Source: Octopus vulgaris (Eukaryota). Taken from it: a stretch of 64,000 nt of DNA. The notes below the pieces were generated by a model, which had not been told where the DNA came from, searched no databases, and was given only the letters and a program-made list of their open reading frames with translations. Below, in pieces: positions 38,916 to 52,120 of the stretch (position 1 is the first letter of the stretch; every line of letters starts with the position of its first letter). The stretch spans positions 78,616,001 to 78,680,000 of the forward strand of contig OX597826.1 in NCBI GenBank assembly GCA_951406725.2. Direction: 5' to 3'. A program made the translations under genes and the position numbers.

Positions 38916-39617
38916 TCCAACTTTGCTATCAATATAATTGCTTATACTCTTTTACCAAAATTTCGAAATCTTGAATCTACGTTAAAAAATCTTTACTGCT
39001 CTAAATTTGAGCGGTAGAATTTCCATTTTCTCTTTGCTTCGCTAAATGACATCGATGGAATAAGTACCAGGCTTTAAAGAATTCTTCAAGATGGTGCCCC
39101 AGCATGGCCGCAGTCTAATGACTGAAACAGGTAAAAGATAAAATGCTAGGGGAGTTAATGAGAAATGAAATCTGACAGCCAAGGATCGAACCTACATCAT
39201 AGCTTCGACTCTCATCGTCTAAGCCTTGCCATCGATCACACTAGCATTCCCCTTGCTTGTCTCTTCCAATCGTTATTTAATATTTCATTTCTTTGCGCTC
39301 TTCTAACAACAAACACAAAACAGCGCCGGCGGCCATCTTTCTTGCAGTCGTCCTTTCCAAATATTCCATTATTCATCTATCATTCCACCTTCTTAACCGT
39401 TTTTCCTCTTCCCTGTTTGTCATTCAATCATTCATTCCTCCTTTTCATCATCATCATCATCATCATCATTGTCGTCGTCGTCGTCGTCGTCGTTGTCATC
39501 GCCGTATTTGTCGTCGTTGTTTTCTTCGTTTTCTGAGACTTCTTCATCTTTGTAGTTTTCTGGTTTCATCTTTCTTCTTCGTCATCTTCTTTTATTGTCT
39601 TATATTTTTTCAAACAT

Positions 39618-40025
39618 AGGCGTAGAAGTGGCTGTGTGGTAAGTAGCTTGTTTACCAACCACATGGTTCCGGGTTCAATCCCACTGCATGGCATCTTGGG
39701 CAAGTGTCTTCTGCTATAGCCTCGGGCCGACCAATGCCTTGTGAGTGGATTTGGTAGACGGAAACTGAAAGAAGCCTGTCGTATATATGTATATATGTAT
39801 GCGTGTGTGTGTTTGTGTGTCTGTGTTTGTCCCCCTAGCATTGCTTGACAACCGATACTGGTGTGTTTACGTCCCCGTCACTTAGCGGTTCGGCAAAAGA
39901 GACCGATAGAATAAGTACTTGGCTTACAAAATAAATCCCGGGGTCGAGTTGCTCGACTAAAGGCGGTGCTCCAGCATGGCCGCAGTCAAATGACTGAAAC
40001 AAGTAAAAGAGTACAAGAGAGAGTA
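39618..40025 (+). mobile_element. SINE family A
   Basis: Near-identical to the 24978 copy. Confidence 0.92.
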
Positions 40026-40800
40026 TCTCTTCATTGTCTTCATCTTCTTCATCTATTTCTTTGCCATGTCCTTCTTCATCTTCTACTCAGTCTTATCCAC
40101 CATCTTCTTTCATCGTTTTCATCTTCATCTCATTTTGCTTTGGTTTTTCCTCTATTTTCTTCATCGTTTTCTCATTCTCATTCTTTTTCTTTTATTATGT
40201 TTTCTTCTTCATCGGCAGAGCTCATTCTTTTCCTATTTTCTTTTTCTTTGTTGTACTTCTTTTACACACACAAACAACATATAGACACAAATAAGCAGTA
40301 ACACCAATAAAACACACACGCACACGCATGCGCACACACACACATACACACTAAGCAACTTTTATCATTCAATCATCCATATTTTCTGCCTTTCTTGTAG
40401 CAATTTTTCATTCAGTATTTCCTTCAATTTACCCCTTTGTATCTTTCACTTCACACTCTATCAGGAGCCATTTCTCTCTCTGTCTCTATCTATCTATCTA
40501 TCTATCTATCTATACCTGTCTCTTACTCTCTCTCTTTTTCTCTCGACCTCTCTCCTTCTCTCTACGTAGATAATATATATACACGCACGTACATATATGT
40601 GCATACATGCGTATGTGTTTCATAGAGTGATCGTGTGAGAAACAGCAATTAAGGCTAGAGTTAAGTAGAGAGATGCTGTGTGTGTATGTGTGTGTGTGTG
40701 AGTGTGTGTGTGTGTAAGTAAGAGTGTGTATATACAAACGCGCTTCACTATATGTATGTGCAAGTCAAAGTGCTGGGTTTATCTATGTGTATGTATGTAG

Positions 40801-40833
<33 letters not shown>

Positions 40834-41281
40834 TGTATGTATGTATGTATGTGTGTGTGTGTGCGCACATGTATGTATATGTATATATGTATGTATATAC
40901 ATAGTTGCCTAAATATGGATATGTATATACGCGTATGTACAGCAATGTATGTGTATGTATATGTGGGTGCATGCATGTGTATATAAAGGTATGTGTACAT
41001 GGGTTTGTGTGTGAGAGTGTATGTGTGAGTATGTGTGTGGGTATGTGTGTATGTATCCGGCAACTGAATACTAATGGTCAGCTTTAGAAATTAACATGTG
41101 CAGCCAACCATGAAGAGCAGATCAGAGACAGTGCCAAAGAGGGGAACATTTAAATGCCAACCAGTACCATCAACTACCATACACTGCAGCCCGATAAACG
41201 CGCTCTCGCGGCACGCACCATGTGTATGCGAGCCGCAAGTAAATTCAAACCACGACAAACAGAGAAGATGGGCTTGAAGTA

Positions 41282-41385
41282 TCGCCTGAGGAAACACAAC
41301 TAGATCTCATTATGCAAACAAACAGATGCAGAATCAAATACCTGTATTATTGGAGAACTACGTTGTGTCGAAACAACTGTAGCGA
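41282..41385 (+). ncRNA. Type I hammerhead motif with a long stem II insertion
   Basis: UCGC-CUGAGGA-AACACAAC...GUUGUGUC-GAAA-CAACUG-UA-GCGA: intact core, 4-bp stem I and 7-bp stem II. Confidence 0.65.
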
Positions 41386-41659
41386 ATATTAAATAAATGT
41401 CCAACCGTACTCCTTCTTCGCGACTCCAGTTTCTTCAATTTTATATCCACACACGACGAACGGCCAAATTTAAATTTGGAAGTATGTAATAATACTACTG
41501 ATAGTCCTGGGTAACTCTGAAGGTAGACGAGCTTTACACTGTTCTCTACCATGTTTCTAACAGAATAACAAAAATTATATATGTGTGTGTGTATGTATAT
41601 ATATATATATAAGTATATGAAAGAATGGAGTTGAACGACTAGTTAACAAATATCCTTTA

Positions 41660-42033
41660 CTAGCAGTATCGCCCGGCGTTGCTCAGGTTTGTAAGGGAAA
41701 AAACTATAAAGCATTTTTAGAGAGTTATAGCCAAAAAATAGCAAAAAAATTATGGTAAATTTTTTTTGAGGGATAAAAAAGGTGGAGTTGCGTCCCCTAG
41801 ACGGTCTGTTTTTTGGGTTTCAGATTCTCGACCCCATGTCGAATTTATCGATTTTTTTCAGAACTGGGGGAACTTTTCAAAATTTTCGCTGCGTTAGTTT
41901 TGAATTATGACATTGGGCTATGTGTGTGTCAAGTTTCATCAGAATCGGTTGAAAGCCGTGGTCAGGGTGAGGGTACAAGCAAACAGACACACAGAAACAC
42001 GCACAGACAAACTGCCGTTTATATAGAGAGAGA
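41660..42033 (-). mobile_element. Non-autonomous Helitron, 374 bp, complete
   Basis: 5'-TCTCTCTCTATATAAACGGCAG...CCTGAGCAACGCCGGGCGATACTGCTAG-3', inserted between A and T with no TSD. Confidence 0.92.
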
Positions 42034-42106
42034 TTCTCGACATATGTTTCGAAGGCTGCATATTCCTATGTTTTTTGTGCATTTTGATGTCGACATAAGT
42101 TCCTTG

Positions 42107-42191
42107 ATTTTCCTGAGGAGAAATCTGCATAATGTACTCCTTATTCCTTCGGAATTAGGAATATGCAGCCTTCGAAACATATGTCAAGAAT
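42107..42191 (+). ncRNA. Type I hammerhead ribozyme motif
   Basis: AUUUUC-CUGAGGA-GAAauCUGCAUA...UAUGCAGccUUC-GAAA-CAUAUG-UC-AAGAAU: intact core, GUC site and palindromic stem III ACAUAUGU. Confidence 0.72.
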
Positions 42192-42414
42192 AAAGGATAT
42201 TTGTTAACTAGTCGTTCAACTCCATTCTTTCATATACTTATAATTTTAAAATAAACACAAATTTCCGCACGAAGACACGTAGTCTATACCCTAGGGACGT
42301 AGCTTCTACCGTGTTCTTTCTGATGTGAATTTGCTACCCAGGTATCGGTTATCTTTCGAATTATCCTTAATAAGATAATTCATTCAATTACTCAAATATA
42401 TATATATATATATA

Positions 42415-43026
42415 TCAGGTCATTCCATAAGTTCTGTCCGAATTTTGAATAAAGAAAACAAGTGATGAAATGTTATATCTAATTGAAATTTAATCCTCAA
42501 TGTACTTTCTCTGATTATCTATGACTTCCTTCCATCAATTTACAAGCTTTTAAATCCCATCAATGTAAAACTGTTTTGGTTTCAAAGCGAAGAACTCTAA
42601 AATGTCAGTTTCAACCTCCTCCTGGCTTGCGAAAGTTATGTCCTCCAAACGATTCTGTAAACTACGAAACAAATGGTAGTCTGAAGGAGCAAGGTCGGGA
42701 GAATAAGGTGGATGAGGAATTTTTTCCCAACCAAGCTCTTCAATTTTCTGTGATGTGATCTTTGCAGTGTGGAGTCGCGCATTGTCCTGATGAAACATCA
42801 CTCCTTTTCTTTGAAGCTTGGTTCAAACGCTCTAATTGCCGACAGTAGACTGGAGCATTGATTGTTGCATTAAGTGGTAACAATTCAAAGTGAATTACTC
42901 CTTTGCAATCCGACCAGATAGAGAGAAGAACCTTTTTTCCATGAATGTCCTTTAGACATTCTAAAATACTATTAAATTTCATTCTGTTTTAAAAAAAGTA
43001 AAATCGGACAGAACTTATGGGATGAC

Positions 43027-43030
<4 letters not shown>
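42415..43030 (-). mobile_element. Internally deleted copy of the same mariner (~616 bp, both TIRs)
   Basis: TCAGGTCATTCCATAAGTTCTGTCCGA...TCGGACAGAACTTATGGGATGACCTAA in (TA)n; retains FHQDNA and YSPDLAPSDY; the 5' two-thirds of the ORF is deleted at ~42947. Confidence 0.95.
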
Positions 43031-43084
<54 letters not shown>

Positions 43085-44677
43085 CGTATGTATATATATG
43101 TATGTATGTATATGTATGTATGTATATGTAAATGTATATGTATGTATATACATATAATATACATGTATGTATGCATGTACATATGTATATATATATACAG
43201 ACATATGCATTTATGTATATATTTAATGTTTCAGATCGCCCCTTTTCACCAAGCTTACACAGACTGTATACCCATACAACAACGGCAATCTGAATACAGC
43301 TGGAATTTTCCATTAGTTGTTACGATAATAGACATGCCTGTTGAAGGCATTTCTATTATAGATGGCGAGCAGAGATGTTGTAAGATCATCACCTGTAACT
43401 GAACTCGCATATATCGGATTAAGAGAGAGCGTCACAAATTTGAAACCAATTTTAAACTGATTCTGTAAAGAAAAACTGCGCTGTATTGTCACAACAAATA
43501 TGGGATTTCAAAAACCATATAATAAATGATGCTACTGTAAACTGAAACATGGGGAACAAGTCAAACGAAACAAATGAAACAGTCACAAAGTCATCTTAAG
43601 CAAAACTAAGAAGTTTAAAATACTAACAATATCAGCCAATGACATGAGGATATTCAATCTTTTACTCTTTAAACGCATTTATGTACCGGATGTTTTTCGT
43701 TGTAAAATGGATAGCCACCGACTCATTTCTCGATATGTACGAATGCAACTCTTCTCCCCGACAAAAATATGGTATTAATACCAATGTGTATATTTGGCGG
43801 TGCTCTTCCTTCCAAATGAAAATTCCATGACCTGAGATAAACATTTGGCTTGCTATGTTCCAGCTACATCTTAAGAATGTTCTCCTTCACCTGAAGCTGC
43901 ATCAGAAAAAAGTACAAAATGTGAAATGCCGAGTAGTGACCCATCGAAGGAGAATAAATATTTACTTTCTACATCTACTGAGGCTTTCTTCTTTTTACTT
44001 GTGAAACATAAACGAAAGTATGTGTATTATGTAAATATATATGTACTGTGTGTGTGTCTGTGTGTAAGTGAATACACAAAATTATAATTGGTTATCATTA
44101 TATATACACATGTATATGTATATATATACATACATGAATATTTTTCGATTTGTGCATTAAAGCTACCGTTAGTTTCATGTTAAGAAAAATATCTTAATAT
44201 CTTCACAAATTTTCAAGCCGATCACATGGACGAATAGTGTCCGTCTTCATTTTGGATGGAAACACGAAAAATCTCGGGAAATTGTATTGTAAAGGAAACA
44301 AGAAATTAAGGGGTGGTACTTTTGGAAGACACATTTTGGGGGAAAAACTGTGTTGGGTGGAGTTTGTTTGCATTATGTTATATTCTGGGTGCATGTGATG
44401 TTCGTATGTTTGTGGGCTGAGGGTGTTCACCAGTGGTGGGAGCATGTATTTTGTATGTGTGGTGTTCGTATGTTGCAATTTTCACGTTGAGGGAAAGACT
44501 ATCGTTATGGGATTCGCAGAGTGGGTGGTGATTCCTCCGACATTTCAAAGAGAATATTTATCCACCAACGTGGTGTTGAGCACCCGTTCCCATTGTTCAT
44601 TTACGTATATGTGCGTGTATATGTATGTATATGTATATATATATATATATATATAATATCATATTATAGTATATTTT

Positions 44678-44717
<40 letters not shown>

Positions 44718-44874
44718 TATATTATATATATATTATATTATATTATATAATATTATATTATATTATATTATATTATATTATATTATATTATATTATATTA
44801 TATTTTTAGACCCAATCCACCTCTGTATATATATATATACCAAATAATAATAATGGCAAAAAATTTTTTAATAC

Positions 44875-45036
44875 ACGACGATCTTCTTTCAGTTTCCGTT
44901 TACCAAATCCACTCACAAAGCTCTGCTCGGTCCGGGGTTATAGAAGAAGTATTTGCACAAGATGCCAGACAGTAGGACTGAACCTGGAACCAGGCGGTTG
45001 AGAAATAAACTTCTTTCCACACAGCCACGCCTGCAG
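44875..45036 (-). mobile_element. SINE family A 5' half
   Basis: CTTCTTTCAGTTTCCG..TACCAAATCCACTCACAAAG...GGACTGAACC...CCACACAGCCACGCCTGC. Confidence 0.85.
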
Positions 45037-45438
45037 CTCAATGCGTAGAATATGTTTAGTGTGAGGATGCAGGTATTTGAACGTTTGTTTGGATACCAGT
45101 ATATGAGACAGGTAGACGGTCATACGAGTTTTCCCTTGTGAGGATAAAGGCAAAAGGTAGAAGAGAGAAAATGAGAGGTAACGATTGAAACCTCGAAGAC
45201 AAACGAAACTTGTAGAGATAAACAGGAAGTGAAAAAGCAAAGGTATATAAGTGTAGTTTTAATTACCGGAGTAATGAATTTATCTTCAGTAAATTTGTAT
45301 TCATGAACGAGAGAGTGTATATTGGTGTGTGAGAACGAATATAGGCCTGTTTATGGACCTCCTGCATGCGTAGAGTACTTATGTGGAAGCTGAAGTGTTT
45401 TCGTGTACAGATATTTTGCTTAGTATGTACACTCACAT

Positions 45439-45481
<43 letters not shown>

Positions 45482-45677
45482 CATAAATATATATACATAC
45501 ATATGTATATATATATATATACATATATATATATACATATATATACATATACATACATATACATATACATATATATATACATATACCTATATATACATAT
45601 ATATATAAACATGTATATATACATATATATTTATATATATTTATACATATATATACACGCGCATATATAAACATATG

Positions 45678-45819
<142 letters not shown>

Positions 45820-45892
45820 TAGATATAGATATATATACATATATATACATATGCATATATACCGATATATATATACATATATATACATATAT

Positions 45893-45941
<49 letters not shown>

Positions 45942-47299
45942 CATATATATATTCATATCTATATAATATACATATATATATATATATATATATACATATA
46001 TATAAATATGTATATATATACACATGTATGTAAACACACACACACACACACGTACACACACACACACACACACGGGCTGTACCTCTGTAGCTGTAAGCAC
46101 TTTCAATGCACAAAGCAATCAACAGCCTCCGGCGTACTTTCGCCTTCCTAAGGACGATGTATACAGCTGCGTCGTAGCTTAGCAAAATGGCAGCGAACAA
46201 ACCGCCATAGAAATAAAACAAAAAAAAAGGAATTTTTTCGGCGGAAAAAAAAAAAAAGAAGAAAATTGTTTAGAAATGAAAAAAATTTGCGGGACACCTT
46301 GCACAGGTAAAATAAATAAATAAGAATGATATATTCTCTCGCCAAATATGTTCTTAAGACTCATGGCTCGCTTTGCTGTCCTTTAGTATTATCCTTCCTT
46401 CTCACTCTTTCACGTATTCATTCCCTGTCTTTCGTTCTTTACATATTTTTATCTCTTTTATTCTTTCATTTCCTTAATCTGTGTTTTATTCTTTTGTATT
46501 TTGTTTTTGATTCAATCGCTGTTTTTGCCTTTCTTCTTCGCTTCTTCGCTGTATTTCTTACTCTGCTTTATAGATGTTTTTCTCTCTCACTCACCCTCTC
46601 TCTTTCTTTCTCTCTCTCTCTCTCTTTCACTCTCTCTCTCTCTCCCTCTGTTTCTCTTTCTCTCCCCCATCCTTTCTTACTATATATCTTCCCCCACCAT
46701 CCTGCCCTCCTCTCATGCATATTTCTTTCAATTAATTATTAACACCTTTTTTTTTAATTATTTCCTCTTCTCTTACGCCATTTTGCATCTTTTTTCCAGC
46801 CCCAACATCATCACCAACAATGATACCAGCACCCAACTCCCCCACCCCCACCCCCTGCTAATCCCACTAACTCTCTCCTTGCCGCCACCACCATCACCAC
46901 CACCACCACTGTTGAAAATACAACCAACGCTTCAACGGCCAACAACAACCCTGTCAGCAACTTCATCTTTACCAACCCTAACACCATCAAGACAACCATC
47001 GTCCAGCACCCAACACCAGCATTATCACTGCCAGTACTACCAGCAGCAACACCAACAACAACATCATTAACAAAGGGGCCAGTACTACCACGCTAACAAC
47101 AACTACACGACCTGCACATCACCACTTCATAACTACTACACCTCCATTAACACCACCACCACCACCACAAAGGTAATATGATTTCTCTTCTCCTCACCTA
47201 TTTTATCTCTTACCTTTTAATGGTTTCAGTGATTTAACTACGGCCATGTTGGGCCACTGTCTTGAAGGGTTTTAGTGGACTGTAGTCGAGATTGAACTT

Positions 47300-48890
47300 C
47301 AGTCTCCACCTCGACGACCAACCAGGGTTCTCTGCGAAGGACGTGAGGTGCTGCGAAAAGCCGATATGGTCTGCAAGTTACGTAGTTTGGCTGGCCTGTT
47401 CTATGATGTTTCCGTGCACACATTAGAACCGTTATCTTCCCTGGTGTCCTATTGCAACAAAACAGGAAGATTCTAGGTATCAGAGCCGCAGATAATAGTA
47501 CAGTTCAGGAAGGACATGATTGATAATTCCCATCTCATAACTCTGATGAATCTTAAATTCTTTATTCATCAGTCTTTAGGATTTTGACCAAGGTCTAGGA
47601 AAGAGGTTGGAGTTTTTCTGCGAAAGTCCGGAAAGCGCAGATATGCACGATCTCGAAGAGATACATGAAGAACCCCCAGTTCCTAAGAGACATTGCAGAG
47701 AAAGATTGAATAACTAAAGGAGTTTTGGTGGATGAGTTCTTAACAATTTGGATCACTCGACAGTTCGGGATGTAATTAAACATCATCATCTGGTGGCTGT
47801 ATTGAGGCTGTTCGGTTTGGGCCCTGTTTACAGAAGTTGGATTGTTTGAAAGTTCAGCGACATCAGATGAGTGATTAGATAGAAGCAGTCACTTATTTTC
47901 AGATTACACACTCTGTGCAAAAAGCGTATCTTCTCTCTTTTCTTCTTAGTGTCGATCCAAAATTGGTGCTGTTAATAGGAATCCCGTCCAAATTGGGACG
48001 CAAAGGAGTATGATCCAACATATGCAGACGAGAGCTCTATAACGGTGTAGAGGCGATCGGCATAGCGTTACAATAATACGAACCAGTGATAGAAGTGAAG
48101 ATTAAAGCAGTCAAGTCAATGAATTTGAAACTTGACCGCTGAAGAAACAATGAATTCCGACTGTGTTGCTTGGAGTCTCAAACCTCAGGTGGATAGGAAC
48201 TAAGTGACCAGTCACATCTAGAAATTGACAGGGAGAAATCTATTTCTGAAAAGTCGAGGAGCGCTGGCGAGTTCGTGTATAGATTTCCTGCCCAATACCC
48301 GGTTTTCATTGGGTAAAGTTGAAGTGTTTGCGCATTCGCGTTTGTAGAATATGTGCGCATCAGTTGTATGGTAGTCCATTACTGTCCACAGCTCTAGGCA
48401 AAAGTCTCATTATGCTGTGAATATTGCCGCACAGAGTTAAGATGAATCTGCAGCGTTTAAAAAAATTGCTGGTCAGTGAGTGGTTGTGGTCGCTTTTTGT
48501 GAGGAACGTTTTCCCCACAGATTGTCTCTTTCACAAACCTGCTGTTTTGAGTCAAAGACAAAGACTGAGCACTTGGCATCTGGAATGCAGTTAAACCCTC
48601 CTCGATCTCTCCTTATCAGACAATGCAACTCTATAGAATACTAAAACTTCCATTTTAGCATTATGTACAAACATAGTGGTGAGGAAGAGTCACACAATTT
48701 TCGGAAAAATTCTCCAAGTCGGTGATAACCAACTAGACTGGTTGCTCCGTTCCGGGAACTATTGAGTTTCTGGAAATCCATCGAGGCTGCTTTGAGACAA
48801 ACTTTACAGGATCGAAACTGCCATCAGCCGGGTTTAATCAAAATGCGTACAGAATACGTGTTCGGTGTCCAAACATCGTAGACTTGAGGA
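47300..48890 (+). pseudogene. Highly decayed Tx1/L1-clade LINE ORF2 (RT region)
   Basis: Fragments HHHLVAVLRLFGLGPVYRSWI..FSDIR, FQITHSVQKAYLLS (SVRQGCPLS), TYADE (YADD) and EIDREKS (KINREKS), in the expected order. Confidence 0.7.
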
Positions 48891-48916
48891 GTTCTGTCGA
48901 ACAGCTGTTTGTATAT

Positions 48917-49117
48917 GTTTCTTTATTACCCACAAGGGGCTAAACATAGAAGGGACAAACAAGGACAGACAAACGGATTAAGTCGATTACATCGACCTCA
49001 GTGCTTAACTGGTACTTAATTTATCGACCACGAAATGATGAAAGAACGTAGCGACGGGCGAAATACCGCAAAGCACTTCGCCTGGCGTGCTAACGTCTCT
49101 ACCAGCTCGCCGCCTTT
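48917..49117 (-). mobile_element. SINE family B (tail 2) with internal deletion and 16-bp TSD
   Basis: Flanked by ACAGCTGTTTG(T/C)ATAT; the B-box segment is missing. Confidence 0.88.
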
Positions 49118-49588
49118 TACAGCTGTTTGCATATCGGGTAGAAAAGTCTGTCACCCGAGTCATCTTAAAGGTTACCCCGCCGCCTTCCTTTGTCTGGCAA
49201 GGGCAGTTAGTTTTTGTTTCTATTAGTTACAGTGAGAGATGTGGTGGGGTGAGAAAATATTAAAACACTGAAGACAGACAACTTACCCTTATAATAAGCT
49301 CTCATTAACATTTTAACTTTAAAAAGGTATCGAAAGTAGGAAAGGAGTTCAGCGCCCCACCCCGTCCAGTAAAATTGTAATAATCTTTAAGAGTCCTTAA
49401 TTGGTCCGATGCAGCTCTACCTCTTGGGAGCTTTTTTTTTTTTTGGCTGATATTTTGGTGATAATTCTTCTGTGGCTGAGATTTATTTGTTATTTGTTCT
49501 TATTGAAGAAAACCTCATAATTTTGTATCTTGTCCCTTGCGCTTCCCCCATTGAGTTCTAATCGTTTTTGGTATTGTCGTCGTCGTCG

Positions 49589-49626
<38 letters not shown>

Positions 49627-49794
49627 ATTGTTGTTGTTGCAACAAACTTGCAGAATTGCTTAACACTTTGCCGATCGTCCCTTTCGGATTCGATAAAATA
49701 AGGACCAACTGAGCACTGGGGTCGATGTAATTGATCTTCCCCATGCCCAGAAATTGCTGGCCTTGTGCCTATAGTAGAAAGTAGCAGCAGCAGC

Positions 49795-49856
<62 letters not shown>

Positions 49857-49869
49857 CAGCAGCAGCAGC

Positions 49870-49937
<68 letters not shown>

Positions 49938-49947
49938 CAGCAGCAGC

Positions 49948-49996
<49 letters not shown>

Positions 49997-50111
49997 TGAG
50001 GAGGTGAAGAGGAAAAGTAGGAGGAGAAGCAGTAAAAATATTAACGTTAAGATTATCAATATTATCACCACCACCTTCATCATCATCTTCGTCAACACCA
50101 TTATTATCCTC

Positions 50112-50147
<36 letters not shown>

Positions 50148-50654
50148 TCCTTCTTGCTTCCAGTCCCTCAATATTAACTCATCTCCCCAATCCATCATTA
50201 CCTCGTTTTTTTTCCTTAAAAAAACATCTTTACTTTCCCTTTCATTCTCGGTTGTTTTATCATTTTTTAAGCCTTTCGTTATTATTATTATTATTATTAT
50301 TTGATTCTTTCAATCCCATTTCTTTCTTTTTCCACTTTTTCCTACATTTTCTTTTTTTTTTTTTTTTCGTCTTCCTCCTTTCATTTATTTATCATTCTCT
50401 TCACACATACCATCCCCCTTTAATACTCCGCTATTCCGCCCCCGCCCCGCACTATCCTCCAGTCATTATATCAATATCATAACGATGAAATAGGCTTAGA
50501 AAAGCCGTTAGCTTCTCCACGACGCACACATACACGTGACACACAGACACACACAACTGTCTAATGCAGATAAACACTTGTATATGTATGTATGTATATA
50601 TATATATATATATATAATATATATAAATATATATATATACATAAATATATATAT

Positions 50655-50702
<48 letters not shown>

Positions 50703-50741
50703 GTGTGTGTATGTGTGAGAGAACGTCTTATATGCATATAT

Positions 50742-50805
<64 letters not shown>

Positions 50806-50972
50806 GTATGTGTGTGTGTATGGATATATATAAATATATACATATATTCTTATATAGACGCATATCTACACCTTATCTTGATTTTTAATGTATATATAAC
50901 ACGCATGCACGCGTATACTAATACAAGGACGTATTCATGGCCCCATATGTGTCTGTGTGGGGGGGTGTACAG

Positions 50973-51026
<54 letters not shown>

Positions 51027-51321
51027 CAAATTACGTACATTCTCCTACACACATACACAAACTTGCTGAAAGCATACGCTATTAAATAGAGGGATATATA
51101 AGATAAATGTGTGTATATATGCGTTATAGAGTTAATGCATTGAGTACTCTTTTCTTTTGTTTTTAAGCAAAATCGTTCATGTTGGTGTATGTATCTCTGT
51201 GCCTATCTTTGTGTGTATGTGTGCGTAGTTTGTGTGTAAAGCGAAAATATCAAAGCCTTACGTATATTGAAACTACTCTCTTTTCTCTTGTCTTATTACA
51301 AGTGAAATATCTTTCAAATGG

Positions 51322-51360
<39 letters not shown>

Positions 51361-51882
51361 TGGGAGACAGTTAGCGAATATGAGCGAAAATACTGCTGCC
51401 GTTTCTATGATGCGACAAAATGGATTCTGAGACAATATTGGAGATTCGAAGATAGCGAGAGATTAAGATAGTTAGAAGAGACACGAAAGGATGAGAGCAC
51501 CTGAGTATTGACAGTCGATTGGCTGTCTGATAAACAGGCTTAACGTTAAACTGGCGAACTGGTAAGCAGGTTCGTAAACAGGCAGATTATTAGGGAAACT
51601 GGTAAATTAACAGAAACTAGTAAAACTGGAAGATATTAGTAAACGTATAAAGAGACAGAGAGGTGTACTAACAGACGTGTAAACAAGCAGAATGGTTAAC
51701 TGGTAGATTGGTAAACTGGTAGATCGGTAAACAGGCAGGTAGGCAGGCAGACTGACGTGTAAAGTGGTAGACGGGTAAAAAGCCAGGGTGATAAGCTAAT
51801 ATATTGGTAAGCTGGCAAATATATATACACGTAAACCGATAAAATTGTGAAATGTAAAGTGAGAGACTGGTAAACAGATAGT

Positions 51883-52120
51883 TTAACTGGTAGACTGGTT
51901 AACGGACTGGTAGATTAACTGGTGGACTGGTTAACGGACGGGTAGATTAACTGGTAGACTGGTTAACGGACGGGTAGATTAACTGGTAGACTGGTTAACG
52001 GACGGGTAGATTAACTGGTAGACTGGTTAACGGACGGGTAGATTAACTGGTAGACTGGTTAACGGACGGGTAGATTAACTGGTAGACTGGTTAACGAACG
52101 GATAGATCAACTGGTAGATT
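51883..52120. repeat. 32-bp minisatellite, ~7.5 copies, within a degenerate 8-bp (ACTGGTAR) periodic tract at ~51500-52310
   Basis: Unit TTAACTGGTAGACTGGTTAACGGACGGGTAGA. Confidence 0.95.

Larger units (their letters stand above)
41610..42240. mobile_element. Penelope-like 85-bp inverted-repeat element with hammerhead, interrupted by a Helitron
   Basis: Left arm 41610-41659 + 42034-42068 is the reverse complement of the right arm 42156-42240 (1 mismatch). Confidence 0.85.

Noticed and set aside
47541-47572. CTGATGA as a hammerhead core
   Set aside because: It pairs with its own complement (TCATCAG), and no GAAA/stem III follows.
51883-52120. CRISPR array (32-bp repeats; likewise the 26-bp array at 60659)
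   Set aside because: Units are contiguous with no unique spacers, there are no cas genes, and the context is eukaryotic.
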